Below are positions 43,701 to 56,795 of a DNA stretch of 64,000 nt, piece after piece. Every line of letters starts with the position of its first letter. Position 1 is the first letter of the stretch. The position numbers and the translations under genes were made by a program. The notes under the pieces are model-generated. The model saw only the letters and a list, made by a program, of their open reading frames with translations, had not been told where the DNA came from and ran no database searches. The stretch lies in NCBI GenBank assembly GCA_051362555.1, contig CM120641.1, positions 248,001-312,000 of the forward strand. Direction: 5' to 3'. Source of the DNA: Lingula anatina (Eukaryota; Animalia; Brachiopoda).

Positions 43701-46700
43701 TGTTATGTTCAAACACAACCAGAAACTTAACATAGTCATAATTTGGCTATCTCCACATCAAGTGACCAGTGTGAAAAGTCAACTCATTTTTGTACTGTCC
43801 ACCTATTTTTAGTTCATATTCAAAGTCAGACTAATATGTTAGACTGAAAACAGTCTTTGATGTCGCCAGTTGATGAGGTCGTTTTAAAGGTACATACGAA
43901 CTGAGCATTGGTGGAGGGCGGATTCCCAGTAACACATGTAAACCACTTCTACTAGTTTCTTCTATGACACTAATAAATTCCACATGCCAAGGGATAAACT
44001 GAATAAATCACCCGATCAACCATAAAAGAGCGTTAGAGTGCTCCTTTCTTTAAATTTTTGGTTGTCAATTTAACCTACTTTCGTGACCTACTTTTCTGCC
44101 CCATTGACATACAGCATAGAATGCTAGCAGAAAAATCTGTTCAAACAACACTTTCGTGTAAAATTAAACAATGCCTTTTGGCAATTCTCTTAGTTATACT
44201 ACTTGAAACTATATGCTGGCATTTGGTTGATTTTTATGACAAAAAAATGACTTTGTATGTATCTTTAAATGAAATACAAAGTGTCATATTTGAACCTGGC
44301 AGTCTGGTAGTCAACCCTTACAAACTGCCTTGTCTTCAATTTGGTACTTAATGCATCTTCAAGAGATGTTATTAAAGTAAAAAGTTATATTTCACACTAA
44401 AAAAAGAATATTGGGACACACCAAAACTAGACCTAATTTTAGGCTGAGGTACAGTTGTATCCTTCTGCACTAAAATGTTCAAGTTACACACCCAACTACA
44501 CGTCAACTATTTCCCGTCTAAATGAGTCCATTTGTAAACATGCTCTCACCATAGCTTGTGATGGTCGGTGCATATGGCGGCCCGTTAGCACCATTCATGA
44601 AGCCAAAGTTGGTGCCTCCATGAAACATGTAGAAATTCACTGAGCCATCATTCTTCAGAATATACCTCAGCACAGTTTCAGTTTCTGGAAAAAAAACGAA
44701 GAAAATAATAATTACTCAACATGTTGGAAAACTAATTGTAATGACATGTTAAGATATTCCCAGTCAGAGAAAAGATTTTTAAAGAAAGGAAAGTTCAGCT
44801 ATAAAAAATGAAAAAACAGCATAACTACTAAAATAGTGGCCCGATCATGCCGATTTTCTAACTTGACCTGCGTTTTAGTAAGATTGATTACTCCTGTGAG
44901 TTTCATGACAACAGGCCTAACGGTTTTCCTTAAAATGTGTTTACAAAGTTGCATATATGCTGAAAAGTGAAAAAAACAGCATAACTTCTACATGTACTAT
45001 AATGGCCCGATCATGCTGATTTTTCGAACTTGACCTGCGTTTTATGAATATTCATCAGCTCTGTAAATATAAAACCAAAAAGTAAAACTGTGTTCCACTT
45101 ATCGTGTTTACGCTGAAAGTGCACAGTGCCGGCGCCGGCATCGGCGACAGCGACGACAGACGCAGGTGATGGCAATATGTACAGACACATCTGTGTCTGT
45201 ACATAAAAAAGAATGAAAATGTAACAGTTAGAAACCCTTTATACAAACCATATTTGAATTTAACAAGCCACTTGTAATCATCTCATAAGAATCTACAATA
45301 TGTTTAATTACATCCACAAAAAAAGTTATTTTTTGTCTTTGATGGTTTCTTAATTAACAATCTAGCTCAAAAAGTAATGGACTGATTGTGAAGTCTCAAA
45401 ATGGGTAAGGAATGGGATAACTTAGAATTAATTACATTTTGGCAATTAATAACCAATTAATTTTAATCAATAATGTGGATTTAACTGCCTTGGCAGATGT
45501 CTGCCTGAAAGCTTTTCAAGTTCTTACTTTCTTCACTATACTTATGATGCTCCTCTCCCCAGTGGTCAAACCAGCCTGGCCAGAACTCCATCGCCATCAG
45601 CGGCCACTCAGGGTTCGTTTTCCTGATCTGATTGAACAGTCCCTCAGCAACATGGAGCTCATTAAAGTTGGCTGTCACCAGCACTGAAAGTAAGCAAGTA
45701 CTTCACTCAGAGACATTACAGTGTTTTCTTCTACTCCCTCCCCCTCCCACAATGACCCTCCCTCTCCAACAATGACCCTCCCTCTCCAACAATGACCCTC
45801 TCCCTCCCACAATGACCCTCCCTTTCCAACAATGACCCACCCCCTCCAACAATGACCCTCCCTCTCCAGCAATGACCCTCCCTCTCTAACAATGACCCAC
45901 CCCCTCCAACAATGACCCACCCCCTCCAACAATGACCCTCCCTCTCCAACAATGACCCTCTCCCTCCCACAATGACCCTCCCTTTCCAACAATGACCCTC
46001 CCTCTCCAACAATGACCCTCCCTCTCCAACAATGACCCTCTCCCTCCCACAATGACCCTCCCTTTCCAACAATGACCCACCCCCTCCAACAATGACCCTC
46101 CCTCTCCAACAATGACCCACCCCCTCCAACAATGACCCTGCCTCTCCAACAATGACCCACCCCCTCCAACAATGACCCTGCCTCTCCAACAATGACCCAC
46201 CCCCTCCAACAATGACCCTTCCTCTCCAACAATGACCCTCCCTCTCCAACAATGACCCTCCCTCTCCAACAATGACCCACCCCCTCCAACAATGACCCTC
46301 CCCCCTCCAACAATGACCCACACCCTCCAACAATGACCCTCCACCCTCCAACAATGACCCTCCACCCTCCAACAATGACCCTCCACCCTCCAACAATGAC
46401 CCTCCACCCTCCAACAATGACCCTCCCTCTCCAACAATGACCCACCCCCTCCAACAATGACCCTCCCCCCTCCAACAATGACCCACACCCTCCAACAATG
46501 ACCCTCCACCCTCCAACAATGACCCTCCCCCCTTCAACAATGACCCACACCCTCCAACAATGACCCTCCACCCTCCAACAATGACCCTCCCCCCTCCAAC
46601 AATGACCTCCACCCCTCCAACACTTCACTTTCCACCAATTTGATTCAACAGGGTCAAGGTGAGGTACAACTGCTTTGACTTTTTTCTCTCCATTTTCATA

Positions 46701-49700
46701 TTTGCAAAAATGAAAAAAAAATATAGCAGGGGAAAGAAGTAGTTTAAGGACCCCTTTGCATTGTAATAATATTTTTGTCTTCATAGAGAAACAGTATCAT
46801 CTCTACAATCAAAACTGAAGAAACTTTTCTTGGTGGTGTGCAACTGTACGTTAGTATCTGTACAATGATTTTTTTTTAATTCATTATAGCTGTTTTCATC
46901 ACAAAGTTCAATCTGTATCAATACAGTACCTCCAGGCATCAATCCACATTTTGTTACAGACAGAGAAGGTATTATAACACTATTATATTTTTGGGTCACC
47001 CTGTATTATAACTATACTTTCTACAGTTGTTTTATTAAATAGTTCACTATGTATCAATACCTCCAGGCATGGAGCCCTTATCAATCCCCATGTCGTTGTC
47101 AGAGGTAAACATCAGCTCTACAATCCCATACTTCTCCATAGTCTAAAATAAACAACACTTATTAATTAATTATTTAATTATATCAAGACAGGGCATCAAA
47201 ATAAAACAAACAAGTTCATAGTATGCAGGTGCTTTTGATTTCAGCAGATGCTTAAAAAAATGACATCAATGGAATATTGAAAATACCTCTTGATTGACAA
47301 TAAATATCACTAATATATAAATATATATTAAAGCTCTACAAACTGCTTAATTTTGAAATGGTTACAGATCTGTGTATAACCATTCTCATCAATGAACTGT
47401 CAAAGAGCAAACATTAAATAAAGATAAGCGTAACAAAGATAAAGCAAGTAAACAAGATCAGTCTCTATATACCGTCTTAACAAACTCCATGTAGTTGATA
47501 TCATTGGAAAATGACCCATATTCGTTTTCTATTTGCACAGCTATGATGGGTCCTCCCTTTGTATACTGTAATAAAGAAATGTTTTGATAAGACTGCTTTA
47601 AAAGGAGAGGAAACGTTCACCCAAGCATGTAAACCTTGAACATGAGTCTTGACTGAAGGTCTCTTATAAATGAAAATATACTGCCTTAAATATCTTCTCA
47701 ATAAACAAGTAATTAAATCTCATTCTAGATCTTTGAATATCAAAACTGAAAAAGATTAATCATAACAAAAACCAATTCTCAATTATAATTATTTAACAAA
47801 GTACATTATGTAAATCTTTCAGCCAAAATTGCATGTCAGCATAAGCCACATATATGTTAAGTATGACTACTTACAGTATTTATATAAGCATGTTTTAATT
47901 TTCATTTTTTTTTTCAAAAAAAATTGAAAAATAAACTAGAGGATCAGAGAGGCGATACCGCCTCCGGATATTGTACCACCAGCTGGAGTAAGCGCATTTG
48001 TATGGACCCCCCCCCCCTCCTAAAAGGGACACCATCACCAGTCTTGTGTTTGAGAAGCTCTATAAGATGCAATCAACAAGAGTTCTCAAAATATGCAAAA
48101 AAATATAACTAAAAATGGTACAATCAAGCAGATTTTTGAATTGACTTGCATTTTCCTACCCTTGATCACTACTGTATTCTCTAGACAAAAGGCCTATTGG
48201 TTTTCCTTGAAATGTGTTGTCAATGGTGCATATATGCTGACAAAAGAGAAAACCTAGGGGAAACAATGGGCACATCTCTGCTAGTTTTAAAGATATGAGA
48301 GGCAAGAAAATATGCAAAGCTCAGTTCATGGTGAAAAAGTAGGTCAAAGGTCAATTTCAATATCATAGTATATGAATTTCTATTCAAGTTCAATAGCAAC
48401 CATGGGCATTTCTTTGCCAATTTTGCAGATTCAAAGGCCAGAAAACATGCAAAAAGCAGTTCATCATAAAAAGTAGGTCAAAGGTCAATTTCAAGGTCAC
48501 AGATTGCTAGTGTATTACTTCCTATTCAAGTTCAATAGCAAGTATGGACCTATCTCTGTCAGTTTTGGAGATAAAGGTGAACGAAAATTTGCAAAGTTCA
48601 GTTCATAGTAAAAGGAAGGTCAAAGGTCAATTTAAAGGTCACAGTAAATTGCCAGTATATGACTTCCTATTTAAGTTCAATAGTAACTATGGATCTATCA
48701 CAGCCAGTTTTGGAGATAAAAGGGAAAGAAAATCTGCAAAGTTCAATTCATGATGAAAAGTAGGTCAAAGGTCAATTTCAAGGTCACACTTAGATTGCCA
48801 GTATATGACTTCCTATTCAAGTTCAATAGTAACTATGGACCTATCTCTGCCAGTTTTGGAGATAAAAGGGAATGAAAATTTGCAAAGTTCAGTACATGGT
48901 GAAAAGTAGGTCAAAGGTCAATTTTAAGGTCACAATAAAATGTCTCTAATGACTTTCTAATCTAATTCAATAGTAACTATGGGCGAATCTTTGCCAGTTT
49001 TGGAGATAAAAGGGAACAAAAATTTGCGAAGTTCAGTTCATGATAAAAAGTAGGTCAAAGGTCAACGTCAAGGTCAGAGTAAATTGCCTCTAATGACTTC
49101 CTATTCAAGTTCAATTGTAACTATGGACCTATCTCTGCCAGTTTTGGAGATTAAACGGAACAAAAATTTGCAAAGTTCAGTTCATGGTGAAAAGTAGGTC
49201 AAAGGTCAATTTCAAGGTCACATCTAGATTCCAAGTAAATGACTTCCTATTCAACTTAAATAATAACTATTGACCACCTCTGCCAGTTTTGGAGATATAA
49301 GGGACTAAATGTTACAATTCCGAGTTACAATAATGTGCCACCACAAAGTACTTTTTAATACAGCATAACACGAAAACCCTTTGAAATACAAAAAAAACGG
49401 AGACCACTCTCAGTGTTGGGCTTTACATGCTCTATAAAATGCAAAAAAGAACGGGTCGCTAGCATTAATGGTTCCCGAATTAGAGACAGTTTTCAGTTTC
49501 GGTATCTTATGGCCGCTACTCCCGAGAAAATGCACCGATTGACCCCAAATTCATGGAGATGAAAGATGACCCAAAGGGTAACACTTTCCAATATAATTAT
49601 TGGTTAAGTCTGTGTAGTGTCTGAATAACAGTGCAAATAATATTTTTTTTTGTAAAAAATTTCATTTTTTTGAAAATTTTGGCCCCTTTGACCTTGAAAT

Positions 49701-52252
49701 AAAGGTCAAAGGTCAAATCCAAGGGCATATTTGAAATCTACACATATGACTTTTGGAAAGCCGTCTGTAGAAATTTTTCCCATAATTCCTTCCGTAGGGT
49801 AGATAATTGGCATTGAATTTTCAAAAATTTTGACAAGGGTGCATTGCAACGAGCGTCACGCCCAGGTCAATGCACCGACTGAGACAAAAAAACCTGGGGG
49901 TTCAAGTTGAGGTTATATGTGACCTAAATCCAAGAGATGGGGACAGGGGTCCTTGTGGTCTAGGAGGAGAAGCGGTAACGGTGACTTGTATCCGGCGCCA
50001 GTACGCGGAGCCGGCGGAGCTTATGGAGCCGGCGGAGCCAACGGAGCCGGCGGAGCCGGCGGAGCCGGCGGAGCTGGACGAGACGGGTCGGGACTAAAAC
50101 CATGAGTACCGCCAGCGTACACGCTGGTGGTACTAATTACCACAAGATTAAGACGACACCCACCTGAAGGTCAGCTACAAGTGGTATGAGTTGAGAGAAG
50201 TAACTATCAACAGCATCCATGAAGGGTTGATATGTGGATCGCACTCGCATGTGTGGATCGTGTAATAACCAACTGAAACAAAGGGTTTTTTGGCGAGAAT
50301 GTAATCATTCAATCCTTAAAAGGTTAATGACATCTATTCTACTCATTTTATCATTTGCTTAAAATGATGACAACAGTTTTGAGTTTTTACTTCATTAATT
50401 TTTCACAGAGTCATGAATAGCATGAAATAGTCAAAAACATATATTTTGTAAGACACCCATCCTAATCATTCTCACCTAGGCAATCCTCCAAAATCCCACT
50501 CAGAGCAAATGAATGGCCCTGGTCTAAAGATAACGTAGAGGCCCAATTTTTTGGCCAACAAAATATATTTCCTAAAATGATTAATTTTAAAGCATGTCAA
50601 AATGTTGTTTTACACTAATCATGTTACAGTATATTTCCAATTTTTAAAATTACAAATGTTAATGTCATTAAAACATTTTAGTATACACAACTCGACTACA
50701 TTTTACACTACGACATTTTTGTAAGTTTATGAATAAAATTCAAAAATAGGGATATAAACATATGTTCATTTTGGTATTGTCAAGTATGACTATTTTGCAA
50801 ATTTTGTAATGACATTATGGATATTTTCCCAACATCTGATAGTTTGTTTTTTTTTTACATTGATATACAACTTTACCCTTCCTTTTAAGTCAGTTATATC
50901 TTGCCTTAGATCCAACATGCCATCAAACTTGTAATTTCCTTTGATTTCTTCATGCAAATTCCATGGAACATACCTTCATTGAAATTATGGAAAGAAAATG
51001 ATATAAATATTTTTTTAATCAGGGACAATCACATTATATAAGCTTCAATACAAATAACAAAGGGGAAGGATCACATTGATTGATTTCTTTACTCTCATTC
51101 CTTAATATAAATTTCTATTTAATTTTTCAAATGACAAGACAAACTATAATGGATGCAAAAACATAAGATAAATATCAAATATAAATGAAAGCTGAGACAA
51201 TCCAGCCTTTTAATAGGATGGATTAAGGTAAACTGATTATCTTAAACCTGTGTCAACATTTAATCTTACAGTGCCATTAAGATCAACCAGTGCACGTCAT
51301 AACACTATGCTGAATTTACTAGTAGAATATAACATTTCTATGGCTTTAATGTGAATTATTCTTTTCTTTATACCAAAATTGTAAAACTGCTTTTGGCAAC
51401 TTTGTTGTTGACAATTCTTCTGAAAAAGTGTTCTTTTAATAATTAATCAAATTATAAAGCTAGATCAGTGGTAGGAATGAGAACTGGAAACCACATCGAC
51501 AACATGGTGCCAATTCCCAGTCATGTATCAGGTTGCATTTTCAGTTAGGTTGTGACAGAATAACATATATCCACCATCTCATCACCATGTCACCAGCAGA
51601 CTATTGGCTACAATTACCAACTATGGAAAACAATATTAATTTATCTACTATCCATCCCAGTGCTGTTCTATATTCTGTATTAAAAGAAGTAATTAAGTTG
51701 CATGATGTGGACGTTAAAGTAGCCTGCATCCTATTGAAATAATACTGGCTGCTGAGATAGTGCATACAAACTTAAACCATAGCAACATGACTGGTAATAC
51801 TGACTCTTTTAGTCCATCTCTTGACGTGACTACTTATTCAGAATTTACATTACATGTAATTATAATGGCAAATGCAAGTTAAATCCTTTGCAATAAGCAC
51901 CGCTAGATGTACAACATGTACTAGTAAGTCCACACAAACACAACCAACACTTCAGTCTTTGCATGTCCTGCATTTCTTACGTTTCTACAGTGTTCAACCC
52001 GCAGCTTTTCAGCTTCATCAGCCGGTCTGCCCAGTACTCAGGAACAACTCTGAAATAGTGAACTGCACCACTCAAAATACGGAGTGGTTTTCCATCTAGA
52101 TAGAACTTCTTGTACTTGGTTTCCAGTCCAGTCCTTTCCCCCATGGTTCTCCTTCTCCCCGGCCAGCACCAGTATGTCAAACCTATAAACAAAACTAGGA
52201 CAACCGCGATAACACGCTGTTTGTGTTGTGGCCTCATTTTGTAGATATTCAT
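37785..52252 (-). CDS. Beta-galactosidase-1-like protein (GH35, GLB1L2/GLB1L3-like), ~18 exons
   Basis: N-terminal signal anchor; [20 protein letters not shown]; YVPWNLHE; [17 protein letters not shown]; AVQIENEYG (acid/base Glu); [13 protein letters not shown] (nucleophile Glu); [15 protein letters not shown]; SYDYDAPL; [10 protein letters not shown]; [19 protein letters not shown]; TAG at 37785. Confidence 0.93.
38357..38496. repeat. Long inverted repeat (hairpin or MITE-like), ~53-bp arms
   Basis: The left arm from 38357 is ~90% complementary to 38444-38496. Confidence 0.85.
39080..39716 (-). repeat. 54-bp tandem repeat (12 copies) spanning a GH35-gene 3' splice site and exon start
   Basis: ttaatccAG|GTCTGGTAGA recurs with exon starts at 39105, 39159, 39213, 39267, 39321, 39377, 39431, 39485, 39539, 39593, 39647 and 39701. 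Confidence 0.95.
40666..40817. mobile_element. Short MITE, inverted relative of 34969-35139
   Basis: Shares termini and internal sequence (caattacaaaagggggtt...gaacccc) with 34969-35139. Confidence 0.65.
41221..41910. repeat. Diverged ~310-bp tandem duplication (~2.2 units), intronic
   Basis: The block aaatgtgactagca...ttgaaaatgcc recurs at ~41221, ~41523 and ~41841. Confidence 0.75.
42610..42913 (-). repeat. 80-bp tandem repeat (4 copies) spanning a GH35-gene acceptor and exon start
   Basis: ttttctacAG|GCACA recurs with exon starts at 42652, 42732, 42812 and 42892. Confidence 0.93.
44800..45210. mobile_element. HINE-like fragment; internally deleted relative at ~42300-42365
   Basis: Internal ~155-bp repeat (aaacagcataact...ggcccgatcatgc...acttgacctgcgtttta) and a terminus catctgtgtctgtacataaaaaa shared with 42342-42365. 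Confidence 0.5.
45733..46622. repeat. C-rich 20/21-bp minisatellite, ~43 copies
   Basis: Unit ccaacaatgaccctccctct and variants; 20-mer to ~46290, mostly 21-mer after that. Confidence 0.95.
47934..50139 (-). mobile_element. Non-autonomous Helentron/HINE-like element, copy 2, with internal ~145-bp satellite (~7 units)
   Basis: Same termini as 10648-12128; aggtcaaaggtcaa recurs at ~48341, 48474, 48618, 48762, 48908, 49052 and 49196. Confidence 0.78.
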
Positions 52253-52254
52253 TG

Positions 52255-52475
52255 TGCGTGGATTGTGTTTATCTCACGTTGACGTCGGTGCATGTGAAAC
52301 AGTCACAAAACGACGGTCAGCGTTGTTAAACGAGTCAAGTGCACCTTGGGTAGTATACGGGAATGGCGACAGATCGCAGTCTGTAGTAATATTTTTGTTC
52401 CCCGCATATTCAAGCACCCACAGCTGCTTGGTTATAGATCGGAAATTCGCGGCTGCTTACACAGGAAGTTGGTGA
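52255..52475. promoter_or_regulatory. Putative compact bidirectional promoter between the GH35 gene and ERMARD
   Basis: CpG-enriched ~220 bp between the GH35 ATG (52252, -) and a probable ERMARD 5'UTR exon donor GTGAGT at 52472; contains TGACGTC and GGAAGT motifs. Confidence 0.5.
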
Positions 52476-53000
52476 GTGCGTGAAAACGGCAATCACTCTA
52501 CACCGATACACGGGAATCACAACATCAACAGACAAGCACACAGAATGTTGAAAGCTTCCGTAAGTTTTGTTATATCAAATATCTTAGTTGTAAAGTGCAT
52601 GTTGTTGTTTTAGTTTGTTCTAATTGTATGAGCAATTGCTTAGATAATTAAACAAGCTTCTGTAAAAGATACAGTAAAGATTTTGTAAACAAGGGGGAGG
52701 GGGTAACCGGGGGGGGGGGGGGAGGGTATGAATGGGGAAGCTAGAGGGAGAGAGGGGTGGGGAATTGGAAAGAGCACACTAACTGAAATGCACCTTATCC
52801 CTCTAGAAAAGTAGTGAAAGGCAGTGAGTGTTTTATTATTTATTTATTTATTTTATCTATTTTTTATTTTATCATTACTATTTATTTATTTACATTATTT
52901 TTTAGCCATATGTAAGCAATTAACAAACATACTCCACAGTCTTGCATTTTTTCAGGCTTTTTATTCTACCAAACCTTTCCCATGTTTGTAACCATAAGAG

Positions 53001-56000
53001 ATGGCGGATAGTGTCACCAGTTTTCTGTCACCACATGTACGCCATATATTGTCCTGTGGTGATAACACAGACAGCAGAGAGGACACTCCAAGCTTGCTGC
53101 TTCACAATGGTCTCCTCTGCTGGATGTCCATAGAAAACCATCTACCAGGTACCTGGTATAATTATTTTAAACACCATTTACCCCAAGACAATTCGTCAAG
53201 TATGAGTTTTTACTGGGAAATGTTATATGCATCTTTAAATGTGATTATCATTTTTTAATCATTGTATTGAGTTAAACTGAACTTAAAATGCATGCATTTG
53301 CCTTTTGAATGTCCTTTAAATTAATTTCTAATTTCAAATTGGCATTTTGTCATTGTATATATAGTTTTTTAATCATTCATTTGATAACAATATGTGTTTT
53401 TGAATATGGTGTCAGTAACAAGCACAGGAACTATTATTATTACTGAATGCTTTAGTTATAACAGTGTCAACTTTTGTTCTTTTCAAACTTCCAGATGGGA
53501 CTGATTCTCCAGACTACTTCACAAGCTGTGTGCAGTGTTTGGCTGGAGTATTTAGGAGAGTGGAGGAAGAACTGACCAGCTGGACAGAGGGGCAGTGGAG
53601 GGAGAGGGCGGGAAATAACCTTACCTGGACAGGATGTCCGCAGGTGTATATATTATGTAGTAAGATCTTTGGCCAAGTAAACTATTTATTAACTGATTGA
53701 GAGTTTTAGTAGTGATTTTTTAAATAAATCATTCAGAAGTCTTCCTACAAAAAGGTATGCAAGCTATTTAAATATGGTCATTGTAAATGATAAAGAAACA
53801 AATATTTAGGGCTTTTTTTTAGACACATGTATTTCTTTGTGATAGTTTAAAGCTATGGTATTCAGCCTGAATACTACAGTTATAAAATGTGTATTTAGGT
53901 TTGCACAGTATACATCAACATGCATATCCTTACAACTAATTTATATCTACTTCTGCTCTTGTTGCAGGTGTTTCTGAGGAGTTTTGAGGTTTTACAAAGC
54001 AGAACATCAACCTCAGCAGCCGTATCTCTTCTCATGACGACATCTGCCTTAGAAAGAGCCTTGGGGGATGTAAGTAAAACCTTTAAACTACACAGATTTT
54101 CTGATGTGTTTTTGTTTATTGTTTCAGCATTCTGTGACTCTTCATACAATTCTTGTCTCTGTTTGCAGATATTCTTGCTGAAAGGAAAACAGTGTCCATC
54201 AATGCTGAAGGATTTGCTTGTTTCAGAAGAACTTAAAAATCTCCTTGGAGGAACAGCTGTAAGAAGGGATCAGATTTTCCTTCTAGGAAATTAAAATGGA
54301 AACAATTTAAGTCTAGCAAAATAGTTGCCAAACATATCAGTATTTAGCCCCAGCAGTGAGCATGAAAGTAGTCAGTTAATATCAATTAAGTTCTCAAATT
54401 ATTTGTATGTAATGTAAAACCAAGTAATTTATAATTAAGATAGACATCCTCTGAACATTGCAAATATTATAAGTGAAAATTATCAAACACAATCTGAAAT
54501 ACTTTGATTGTTAGCTTACGGCCAACATAGCTTGTGTTTGATAATTTTCATTTATGGTCCAACTACCAACCTAATGAACATTTTTGCTCATTGCAAATGT
54601 TTTTAAATATTTACATATCTTGCAGATAAAACTGTTAAGGATCCTGATTGGTCCCCCTGTCTCCTTGAATCTTAGAAATGTGTTGTGGCATGGATTTGCT
54701 GTTCCAGATGAAATACCGAGGTGGTAAGTCAAACTATGAGGCCATTCAGAATGAAAGAACTCGGTATCAACTGGTCCAAGGCTCAAATATGGTGGACCTT
54801 ACATGAAAGGAAGACCACTTAATCCCGTAATGATCTCTCCGCCTCTCACACACCTGTATTGGGACATGCAGTGGTAAATAAGCCACTCTGACCTCTGACC
54901 TCTGAGGAATTCAAACTTGTCAGAATTATTGATGGAACAAGTGGTGCACAGTGTTAACAGTAGAGTAATATTTTTATTTCAGCAATGCATATTTTCTGGT
55001 CAACCTCATCCCTAGTCTTGGTCAGCTCCTGCAAGAACGGTCAGTTGAAGCTGAATCAATACCACACAGAGTAGATGTAACCTTTCCACAGGTAGAAGAC
55101 TGGGATATATTTAAAGGTAATGGAACATGATAACTAACACAGTCATACCACACAGAATAGATGTAACCTTTCCACAGGTAGAAGACTGGGGTATATTTCC
55201 AGGTAATAAAACATGATAACTAACACAGTCTGACACAGGTGGAGATAGTAGAGAGGAAAATAATTGTGTGATTAGTATTTCTAAAATGTAAGCAAAGGAT
55301 ATCAAATGAGATCTTTTGAAATGCAACTTCACTGTTAGTGATAATCCTAAAGATATAAAACAAATATATAAACCAGTGCTAGTGACAGTCAGATTTTTGT
55401 ATACATTTTTGCATACTTATTTTTTACCATTATATTTTATAAATCTTTTTATTAGAGATAACCATAAAAGATTGTGCTGTTTTGGAAGATCTGTTTAATA
55501 CATCAGAATTTGTGCCGACACCAATGTTGCCATTTTGGGCAGATATCCTGAAGTCATTTAATTATCAAAGGTAAGATGTGTCACACCCAAATGTGTAGCA
55601 GAAAGAGGCAATTAAAGGAGTCCTATATATGTCCTTGATAGTGAAAAGTACTTGTTCTGTTTTTTATTTTATTTTATTTTTTTATTCAAAGCTGTATTTC
55701 CACACTAGTTGTAAATTTTGTTATAATAAATTTTAGAAAATTACTGGATGGAAAGAAATTATGGCAGTTCATTTTATTCTGTAGCAGCTCATTGCCGCAC
55801 TTACGTAATATACCAGGATATGTAATTCTTAACTTTCCGTTCAAATACTTAAGCTATATTTCAGGTATGGAGAGGCTGTGATGGTTCTTCTACCCCAGTT
55901 AGAACACTGTTTAAGGTGTCTGTTTGTTATATTTCAGGTATGGAGAGGCTGTGATGGTTCTTCTACCCCAGTTAGAACATTGTTTAAGGTGTCTGTTTGT

Positions 56001-56761
56001 TATATTTCAGGTATGGAGAGGCTGTGATGGTTCTTCTACCCCAGTTAGAACATTGTTTAAGGTGTCTGTTTGTTATATTTCAGGTATGGAGAGGCTGTGA
56101 TGGTTCTTCTACCCCAGTTAGAACACTGTTTAAGGTGTCTGTTTGTTATATTTCAGGTATGGAGAGGCTGTGATGGTTCTTCTACCCCAGTTAGAACATT
56201 GTTTTAGGTGTCTGTTTGTTATATTTCAGGTATGGAGAGGCTGTGATGGTTCTTCTTCCCCAGTTAGAACATTGTTTAAGGTGTCTGTTTGTTATATTTC
56301 AGGTATGGAGAGGCTGTGATGGTTCTTCTTCCCCAGTTAGAACACTGTTTAAGGTGTCTGTTTGTTATATTTCAGGTATGGAGAGGCTGTGATGGTTCTT
56401 CTACCCCAGTTAGAACACTGTTTAAGGTGTCTGTTTGCCAGAGTTAATCAGTGTCCAGAAAGAATACTGACAGCAGAGGTTTGCTTACAACATTTTAATA
56501 TTTTTGCTGTTTTGAATATGTGAATTACATTGTACCAGCTGGCTATTGAATTGTCAGACTTGAAATGTTTCTGTAAATGTTTTGGTCCATTTAGTGAAAA
56601 TAATTCATTGAACTACTGTTAATTTCACTCACACTTCCTAATAAACACTATTGACTATATGAGGTTTTATTTATAACAATCTCAGACAGATGATGATGAT
56701 GGCAATTTTGTTTGTTTTTTTAGTCTACCACACTGTACACCACTGTGGATGAGGTAAGTTA

Positions 56762-56795
<34 letters not shown>

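Noticed and set aside
45675-46784. Long ORFs of 369, 293 and 207 aa
   Set aside because: They are translations of the stop-free 20/21-bp minisatellite inside an intron.
49870-50097. EPA-repeat ORF
   Set aside because: Microsatellite segment of the mobile element.
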